Under the pieces are notes generated by a model, which saw only the letters and a program-made list of their open reading frames with translations, made no database searches and had not been told where the DNA came from. This document shows positions 57,299 through 64,000 of a DNA stretch of 64,000 bases, in pieces. The number at the start of each line of letters is the position of its first letter. The first letter of the stretch is position 1. The stretch lies in assembly GCA_964467345.1 (NCBI GenBank), contig CAYXPY010000006.1:5303-69302 (forward strand). The letters run 5' to 3'. Origin of the DNA: an uncultured Thermoplasmatales archaeon (lineage in GTDB: Archaea > Thermoplasmatota > E2 > DHVEG-1). A program made the translations under genes and the position numbers.

Positions 57299-58222
57299 TT
57301 ATATGTTACAAACCTCGGAGCCGTTTTCCGAACAAATCTGAATAGTGCATTCAATGATATTGAATTTCTTCAGGAGATAATCATTGATCCGTGAGATGAC
57401 CTCTTCTTGTTTCCCCTGGATCTTGCTTTCATTGATTTGTACATGAGCGGAGAACACAAGCATATCCGGGGTAATCGACCAAAGGTGAGCATTGTGGAGT
57501 TCCCGGAGTTCTGAAAAATTCTTTTTAAGATCATCAGAAATCATATCGACATTAAGACCTTTCGGGGAGGTCTCCAGAAGTATCCGTGTCGAGTCTTTCA
57601 GTACCCCCCATGCCCAGAGAACAATGATAAGAGAAATACCAATGCTGACAAAAGGATCGATAAACGTCCAATTGGTGAACATAATGATGATTGCCGCGAT
57701 CACAATCCCAACAGATGAGACCGCATCAGCAAACATATGATAAAAAATACTACGGATGTTCAGATCCCCCTTATGCGATCCCCGCAGGATCAGAATGCTT
57801 ATAATGTTGACCGTAAGACCGATGAATGCGATAAGAAGCATCTCCAAACCAAGGATTTCCACAGGGTTAAGCAATCGGAGGATCGCTTCATAGACAATGA
57901 GTCCAACAATCACAAGAAGGAACAATCCGTTCACAAACGCAGCCAACACCTCAGCGCGGTATAACCCAAACGTCCGGTGATGGCAGGGGGGTCTCCGAGC
58001 AATAACGATTGCGACAAGCCCAATGAGTAACGCGAACACATGCGTGAACATATGGCCCGCGTCGCTGAGTAACGCCATACTGTTGGTAAGATACCCCCCG
58101 ATGATCTCCAGGATCATCACGATCGAGGTAATACCAAGTGAAAAAACCAGTTTTTTTTGCTCGACATGTCGATATTCAAAGAGATGTTCAGAAAATGCTT
58201 TTTGGACTGGGTTCTTGGTCAT
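57299..58222 (-). CDS. Cation diffusion facilitator (CzcD/ZitB-like Zn/Co/Cd exporter)
   Basis: ALLSDAGHMFTH, TFGLYRAEVLAAFVNG, HMFADAVSS, HLW, AHV. Confidence 0.92.
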   Translation of the reverse strand: MTKNPVQKAFSEHLFEYRHVEQKKLVFSLGITSIVMILEIIGGYLTNSMALLSDAGHMFTHVFALLIGLVAIVIARRPPCHHRTFGLYRAEVLAAFVNGLFLLVIVGLIVYEAILRLLNPVEILGLEMLLIAFIGLTVNIISILILRGSHKGDLNIRSIFYHMFADAVSSVGIVIAAIIIMFTNWTFIDPFVSIGISLIIVLWAWGVLKDSTRILLETSPKGLNVDMISDDLKKNFSELRELHNAHLWSITPDMLVFSAHVQINESKIQGKQEEVISRINDYLLKKFNIIECTIQICSENGSEVCNI

Positions 58223-58259
58223 AGCACCGGTCTTCTTTCGTATGATTTTTTTTCAATAC

Positions 58260-60122
58260 TTAAAACAGATCGACTACTTTGAATTTTCCTTCCATCTGCT
58301 GAATTGCTTTGTTTGGCAGGGTGAAACGCATGACATTCCCCGTATTATTTTCATTTTCGACCCATATTTTTCCACCATGGGAAAGAACAATGCCCCGTGA
58401 GATAGAGAGCCCTAGCCCTATATCGCCACTTGTTCGGTCTGTACCCGCATCAGCTTGATAGATGACGTCGAACATTTTCTTCTGTTTCTGCTTTGGTATC
58501 CCACGTCCTTCATCCTGTATCTCAAAGAGCACCTCACCAGGTTCTTTATTTACTCTGACTGTTATCGTGGAATTCTCTGGGGACGATTGTATCGCGTTCT
58601 GCAGGAGGTTTATCAACACCTGTTTCACGCGTTCCTTGTCAATCGTAAGCTCAGGGAGCTCCTTGGGTATTTCTGTGCTTATCCGTATTTGTTTTACATC
58701 GGCTGCAGGCTCTGAGGTCCCAATTGCATCCTCTACTAACCGTTTGACATTGGTTTTCTGTGGGGAGAACTTCATTGTCCCTGACTCAAGATGAACGATG
58801 TCAAGGATATCCTGCAGAAGTTGTGTTGACCGGTTCGTATTTGCCACAACCACACCTAACCCTTTTTTCTGTTCATCATTCACCGGGCCAAGGCTTTCCA
58901 GAAGCAGGATCTCGGCATATCCTTTGATGGTAGACATCGATGATCGCAGCTCATGGGTGGTGATATCAAGGAAGTTTGATTTTGTCCGATCGAGTTTCTT
59001 TAACTTTGTGTTTTGTTGCTCAAGCCTCTTCTGCGACTTTTGCAATCTCTCCCGTTCGATATGGAGATCCCCTATGGTTCGTTTATATTCGTTCAATCTC
59101 TTTTTTAACAACGTGTTCTGTTTTGTCAGTTCAACAGTTCGCTCCTGGACCTTTTTTTCTAACCAATAATGGGCTTTCCGCAGCTCCCCTTCTATTTTTT
59201 TCCTATCTGTTACGTCATCCATGGTCGAATAGATAGAAAGCACAGCACCTGACTCGTTAAAACACAGGAAATCATTGATCACAAAAACACGAGGTTCACC
59301 GTTTTTCGCTAGATATGTCCGTTCGTGTCCACCGGTGTATGATTTTCTACTTGTTATTTTTTCCCTAAAAGAGTTTTTTGCGGTTTCTTGCTCGTCACAA
59401 TGGATGAAATTAAAAATCGGTTTCCCTATGATCTCCTGTCGTTCATATCCCAGCAATTGACACCATTTTTCATTCACATCGGTAATCGTCCCTTCTGCTG
59501 ATAGTGTATGATAGGGGACTGGGGCCTTCTCATAGAGCTGTTTGAACTTCTCCTCTGAGACCCGTAACGCCCGTTCCATCTGTTTGTTTTGCGAATTATC
59601 TTTAATGATCCCGATAGAACCGATCACATTCCCGATACGGTCCTTCAATACACTCAGGGAAATATCGACATCGACAAGGGCGTTGTCTTTCCGTATCATT
59701 TGTGTTTCCAGATGATGTTGAATCCCTTTCTGCCTGATGTTCTCCGATCTTATCTTTTGCCATTCTTCTTTTGGGTAGAGGTATTTGACCGGTTTCATCA
59801 TCAGCTCGTTTTTACTCATCCCAAGAAGCTTTTCTGTATAGGTGTTCCAATGCACGATCCGCTCGTTCTCATCAGTAAGCATGATAGCGACTGCGGAATT
59901 ATCAAAAATAATTCGATATTTTTCAATTGGATCTCCCAAATCAATCGTTGGTATGTCTTCCCCTTTATGATGCCGAAGGATTGAAAACATTGATACAAAA
60001 GAATCGTTTTCACATTCTTCGTCTACAGGTTTTTTTGGTTCTTCCATGCTTCGACTATGAAGCCGTCCCAATCGCTCCTCTGCTCGTAATGTTTTTATTA
60101 TCTCAGGATCATCGTTTTTCAT
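58260..60122 (-). CDS. Cytoplasmic PAS-PAS sensor histidine kinase
   Basis: Two PAS/PAC repeats; THELRSSM (H-box), NLLQNAI, DEGRGIP, GLGLSIS; no TM segment. Confidence 0.9.
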   Translation of the reverse strand: MKNDDPEIIKTLRAEERLGRLHSRSMEEPKKPVDEECENDSFVSMFSILRHHKGEDIPTIDLGDPIEKYRIIFDNSAVAIMLTDENERIVHWNTYTEKLLGMSKNELMMKPVKYLYPKEEWQKIRSENIRQKGIQHHLETQMIRKDNALVDVDISLSVLKDRIGNVIGSIGIIKDNSQNKQMERALRVSEEKFKQLYEKAPVPYHTLSAEGTITDVNEKWCQLLGYERQEIIGKPIFNFIHCDEQETAKNSFREKITSRKSYTGGHERTYLAKNGEPRVFVINDFLCFNESGAVLSIYSTMDDVTDRKKIEGELRKAHYWLEKKVQERTVELTKQNTLLKKRLNEYKRTIGDLHIERERLQKSQKRLEQQNTKLKKLDRTKSNFLDITTHELRSSMSTIKGYAEILLLESLGPVNDEQKKGLGVVVANTNRSTQLLQDILDIVHLESGTMKFSPQKTNVKRLVEDAIGTSEPAADVKQIRISTEIPKELPELTIDKERVKQVLINLLQNAIQSSPENSTITVRVNKEPGEVLFEIQDEGRGIPKQKQKKMFDVIYQADAGTDRTSGDIGLGLSISRGIVLSHGGKIWVENENNTGNVMRFTLPNKAIQQMEGKFKVVDLF

Positions 60123-60365
60123 ATCATCACTCCTTGATTCGATGGCCTGTTCTCATTACACTGTAAACCTACGTTAAACTGGTCAGTATCATCTAATGAA
60201 GACCTATGTGTCATTGCAGTTCCCATCCGTATTATAACAACAAAAGTAACCATTTTTTGGTATAAAACATTAATGGCTCTCAACATAAAATTTTTTGATT
60301 GGAAGAAACCATCTCAGAAAAACTTATATAGCATATTGTTTGTTAATGATACAAGGGGAATATAT

Positions 60366-62300
60366 ATGAAAAAACTACTCGCAATTGTCGTATTAGGGGT
60401 ATTGCTTGCAACTGGATTAGCAACAGGCAATTCCTTACACGCCGAAAATACTACTATGAAAACAAGCGAAACCATCGCATGTTCAGAGATAAACGTGGTC
60501 GAATCAAACGAATATATCTCACTGGCATTTGATGGATCAACCTCGTTTCTGATGCGACCCGACGAGCCGGTGATCCCAAGAATAACAAGGGTCTACGTCC
60601 TTCCGTTCCAAGCTTTTGACATCCAGGTCTCTGTTGATTTCTCATCACCACATGCATACACACTTGACCGGCTCATTCGCCCGGCGCCACACCCCATCAT
60701 CGATGGCAAAGAAACAACAGAGATGATAAGTACTCCCTCAGAAACCATCTATCAGAGCGCTGAGATTTACCCACGAGAATCATTTTCCTATTCCACAAGC
60801 ACTGGTCTTTCAGGGGCAGAGCATGTGGTCTTCCTCTCGGTGACCGTTTATCCTCTTCGGTACTCGCCTCTTGAGAACACGGTTTTTGTTTCTGACCAAT
60901 GTGTCATTACCATCTCCTACGAACCTCCTCGCAACCCACAGGTGTTTTCTGATGAGTACGACTTGCTTGTGATTGCTCCTGCTGACTATGAGGCTGCGCT
61001 GCAACCTCTTGTTGCTCATAAGAACTCTTTTGGGATGAGCACCCTGTTTGTCAGCCTTGAGTCAATCTACAGTGAGATTACTGCAGGCAGGGATGATGCA
61101 GAGAACGTAAAACTCTATATCAAAAAGGCGATAGAGGATCTTGGGGTGACGTATGTGTTGCTCGTCGGCGGCATGACACTTCAAAAGGAGGAATGGATTG
61201 TCCCTGTTCGGTATACAAACAATCATGTCGGAGTAGGCTATGAGCTTGGGGTTATCAGTGATTTGTATTTTGCTGATATTTACAAGGAAAATGGGACTGC
61301 GTTTGAAGACTGGGACAGTAACGGGAACGGGATTTTTGCTGAGTACACATCAACAAGTAAAGATATCATTGACGGATCGCCTGATATTTACATCGGTCGG
61401 CTTGCTTGCAGTTCTGTAAAAGAGGTGTCCCTCATGGTTGATAAAATTTTAGACTACGAGACGACCCCGGCGGATGATTCCTGGTTTAAACGGATGCTTC
61501 TCATTGGTGGGGATACCTATCCTGAATCCGGTGGTGTGGGTGCCTATGAGGCTGAGATAGATACGAACGTCTCTGCAGGTTACATGACGGGGTTTGAGTT
61601 CGAACGACTCTTTGCTTCCTCAGGGACGCTTACTGGCCAAAAAAGTGTTGAACAAGCGATAAACGCTGGTGTTGGATTTATCCACTGCGCGGGACATGCG
61701 AACCCTTCGACGCTAGTGACGCATCCTCCGCTGAATAAAACCGAGAAGATAACGATCATGGGGATGTATAATATCCCACCGATGAATGCGTTCTACGCTT
61801 TGATTTACCAGAAACGAGGTATCGCTGGTTTTCTTGAGGAACTTAAAGAGCGATGGATGCCAAGGTTACGGAACGGGGAAAAACAACCGGTTGTCGTGGT
61901 CGGTGGATGTCACAATAGCCAGTTCAACGTCACGCTCATGAACATTCGCACCTACGGTTTTACCCATGCGTATGGCTATGGTATTCACGTCCCGAAATGC
62001 TGGAGCTGGTGGTTGACAAGCAAAAAGGACGGTGGCGCGATTGCGACTATGGGTAATTCAGGACTGGGCATGGGATTACCCGGGTTTGATTACCCCAATG
62101 GTCTTGACGGCTGGCTTCTCCCCCGGTTCTTCTACAACTACAACCAACTAGGGCTACATCACGTCGGGGAGGCACATAGTGCTGCCATCGCTGATTATGT
62201 CAACGAATTTGATATCAATGCAGATGATGCAGATCGTCAGATGGTAGAACAATGGGTTCTTCTAGGAGACCCAAGCCTGATGATCGGAGGATATTCGTAA
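60366..62300 (+). CDS. Second secreted C25 (gingipain-like) peptidase, no PKD tail
   Basis: Start reassigned to ATG 60366 (MKKLLAIVVLG); YVLLVGG, YIGRL, HCAGHAN (His), VGGCHNSQF (Cys), WVLLGDPSL. Confidence 0.9.
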   Translation: MKKLLAIVVLGVLLATGLATGNSLHAENTTMKTSETIACSEINVVESNEYISLAFDGSTSFLMRPDEPVIPRITRVYVLPFQAFDIQVSVDFSSPHAYTLDRLIRPAPHPIIDGKETTEMISTPSETIYQSAEIYPRESFSYSTSTGLSGAEHVVFLSVTVYPLRYSPLENTVFVSDQCVITISYEPPRNPQVFSDEYDLLVIAPADYEAALQPLVAHKNSFGMSTLFVSLESIYSEITAGRDDAENVKLYIKKAIEDLGVTYVLLVGGMTLQKEEWIVPVRYTNNHVGVGYELGVISDLYFADIYKENGTAFEDWDSNGNGIFAEYTSTSKDIIDGSPDIYIGRLACSSVKEVSLMVDKILDYETTPADDSWFKRMLLIGGDTYPESGGVGAYEAEIDTNVSAGYMTGFEFERLFASSGTLTGQKSVEQAINAGVGFIHCAGHANPSTLVTHPPLNKTEKITIMGMYNIPPMNAFYALIYQKRGIAGFLEELKERWMPRLRNGEKQPVVVVGGCHNSQFNVTLMNIRTYGFTHAYGYGIHVPKCWSWWLTSKKDGGAIATMGNSGLGMGLPGFDYPNGLDGWLLPRFFYNYNQLGLHHVGEAHSAAIADYVNEFDINADDADRQMVEQWVLLGDPSLMIGGYS

Positions 62301-62365
62301 TCCTCTTTCTCTTTTTTTTTTTCTGGAAACATTCATACCATCATAATTCATGGTCCAGGTTTGAA

Positions 62366-63013
62366 ATGAAACCAAGAAAAAATGCAGGAAACACCCACCC
62401 TAGTTTATTTCACTATCATGATCTTGTCATCGAACTACATCCAGAGGTGTATGATCCTGCTGAGGATTCCTTTCTTCTTCTTGAATCACTCCAACTAAAT
62501 CCTCAGGATGTTGTGTTGGAGATCGGCACCGGGTGTGGACTGATTGCCTTGGGATGTGCTCAAAAAGGATGCAAAGTCTTCTGTACCGATATTAACCCGT
62601 TTGCGGTGCAGGTGACACGTCGGAATATCAGTCGAAACCAGCGGCTCCTTCATGGACCCATTGAAGTACGACACGGTGATCTCTTTTCCGCTTTCAAGGA
62701 CCATGAACGCTTCAACGTCATCATCTTCAACCCCCCCTATCTGCCAACCACAAAGGAAGAAAGAACCGGAGGATGGTTTGATATCGCGACAGACGGAGGA
62801 TGGGATGGTTTGAAAGTAACCAAACGATTTCTCGAAGGACTCTCCCGGCGTCTTCTCCCAAAGGGATCTGCGTATTTCGTATTTAGCTCCCTTTCTAATC
62901 GACATACACTGGAGCAACATCTGAAAAAACAGAAATTAACTGCACGCATCATCAGTCGTCATCTCTCTGAAGGAGAGGAGCTTGATGTGTACCGGGTCAT
63001 TCCGAAGGCTTAA
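62366..63013 (+). CDS. HemK2/MTQ2-type protein (Gln/Lys) methyltransferase
   Basis: EVYDPAEDSFLL, LEIGTGCG, TDINP, IFNPPYLP, ATDGGWDG; start reassigned to 62366. Confidence 0.9.
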   Translation: MKPRKNAGNTHPSLFHYHDLVIELHPEVYDPAEDSFLLLESLQLNPQDVVLEIGTGCGLIALGCAQKGCKVFCTDINPFAVQVTRRNISRNQRLLHGPIEVRHGDLFSAFKDHERFNVIIFNPPYLPTTKEERTGGWFDIATDGGWDGLKVTKRFLEGLSRRLLPKGSAYFVFSSLSNRHTLEQHLKKQKLTARIISRHLSEGEELDVYRVIPKA

Positions 63014-63057
63014 AATGAAATAAAACGGTTACCTGCATCATCTGAAGCTGAGTATGT

Positions 63058-63627
63058 ATGACCGATGAGTATTATCCGTGGGGCGGTGAATTCACTATTG
63101 GCGCATCAACAGGATGTGTCGCGGTCGTCTTACTCAACATCCACTACGACCCCCCTAAGACTGTTGCGATATACGGGCGTTTAAAAACTGAAAACATCGG
63201 CATCGAAAAGATAGTTGCCAACACCATTTCCAATCCATTTCTTCGCTTTCTGGTTCTCTGCGGAGAGGATATCAGAGGGCATCGTTCGGGGTCTTCGCTT
63301 ATCGCATTGCATAAAAACGGGATTGACCATAACAATCGGATCATCGATGCACCCGGTGCAATTCCCTACATAGAAAACATAACTGAAGAGGCGATCAAAC
63401 GATTTCAGTCTCAACTCAACATTGTTGATTTGATAGGAGAAAAAGACACAGCAAGAATCGACACCATCATTAATGAATGTACACAGAAATCCCCCCCATC
63501 ATTCGGAGAACCATACATCGCCATCCGATTAAAACCAGTAACAACCGTCGATGTCACAGACAACCGGGCGTTACATTCCCGGATTATCATTGATTATATG
63601 GGGAAAGTCAAAAAGAGAGGTGGATAA
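63058..63627 (+). CDS. mtrA: MtrA/MtxA-like corrinoid protein, soluble (no TM anchor)
   Basis: KTENIGIEKIVANTISNPFLRFLVLCGEDIRGHRSG (corrinoid His), IIDAPGAIPYIENI. Confidence 0.88.
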   Translation: MTDEYYPWGGEFTIGASTGCVAVVLLNIHYDPPKTVAIYGRLKTENIGIEKIVANTISNPFLRFLVLCGEDIRGHRSGSSLIALHKNGIDHNNRIIDAPGAIPYIENITEEAIKRFQSQLNIVDLIGEKDTARIDTIINECTQKSPPSFGEPYIAIRLKPVTTVDVTDNRALHSRIIIDYMGKVKKRGG

Positions 63628-64000
63628 ATGTTTTCGTTTACAAAAGAACAAAAAATCTATGACATCCAAGGGATATCATTCGGTGGACAGCCAGGGATGT
63701 ATCCCACGGTTCTTTTCGCAGGGCTGTTCTTCAAAGGAACCCCTGATTACACTGAAGCAACAAAACAGATTCTTGCTCTCTCCCATCTGAGTCAGCAAAC
63801 CGGAACCCCGGTCATCCCAGATATCTTCATACGTAAAACAGAGTATATCACACCCATCCTCTCCTTCATTGAAACCGCTCTTCCACAGAACATGCCCTTT
63901 TCAGTTGACATCATTGATCCTTGCATCAAAATCGAGGTCTTAGCACAACTTGCAGAAAGAAAACTACTGCCCCGGACCATCTATAATTCGGTTCATATCG
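63628..64000 (+). CDS. mtrH: MtrH/MtxH-like methyltransferase, truncated by the right edge
   Basis: Manual translation from the ATG directly after the mtrA stop: MFSFTKEQKIYDIQGISFGGQPGMYPTVLF...RTIYNSVH, open to the edge. Confidence 0.85.
   Translation, partial: MFSFTKEQKIYDIQGISFGGQPGMYPTVLFAGLFFKGTPDYTEATKQILALSHLSQQTGTPVIPDIFIRKTEYITPILSFIETALPQNMPFSVDIIDPCIKIEVLAQLAERKLLPRTIYNSVHI

Noticed and set aside
216-63980. The many 60-300 aa alternative-frame ORFs in the track (e.g. 23700..24590, 6882..7448, 47330..47881, 27320..27850, 334..555)
   Set aside because: They lie antisense to or inside well-supported genes and show no recognisable motifs; treated as shadow ORFs.
63058-64000. Evidence for methanogenesis
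   Set aside because: Only soluble A and H subunits are present; no membrane Mtr subunits or mcr in the window.

Overview
Gene-dense archaeal chromosomal window, most likely Thermoplasmatota of the DHVEG-1/Thermoprofundales (MBG-D/SG8-52-like) type. This lineage call is an inference from archaeal core genes (fen, rfcL, purP, nep1, tRNAs), a PGF-CTERM protein, secreted C25 gingipains with PKD domains, and a heliorhodopsin resembling TaHeR. About 65 CDS and two tRNAs (Gly-CCC, Ser-GCT) are supported. I found no rRNA, CRISPR array, integrase or transposase. Main blocks: (1) secreted proteolysis (caspase-like protein, two gingipains, secreted agmatine/peptidylarginine deiminase, PepD, OTC); (2) an arsS/TIGR04282/TIGR04283 arsenosugar-type cluster with a CCG Fe-S protein and a DedA-family protein; (3) an AT-rich islet downstream of tRNA-Ser carrying duplicated tRNA 3'-end fragments; (4) an isochorismatase / CXXC-less TrxB / atypical RlmN-like radical SAM operon; (5) a light/UV-protection region (crtZ ... 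crtY-crtI-crtB-rudS-like-uvsE-PNPOx) ending in a zinc-ribbon-fused heliorhodopsin, a CDF transporter and a PAS histidine kinase, with no retinal-forming blh/brp and no CarH/LitR regulator in the window; (6) a soluble mtrA-mtrH pair at the right edge. The best candidate for an undescribed system is block 5, a heliorhodopsin-linked photoprotection module. Blocks 2 and 4 come next. All family assignments come from motif recognition by eye; no database search was run.
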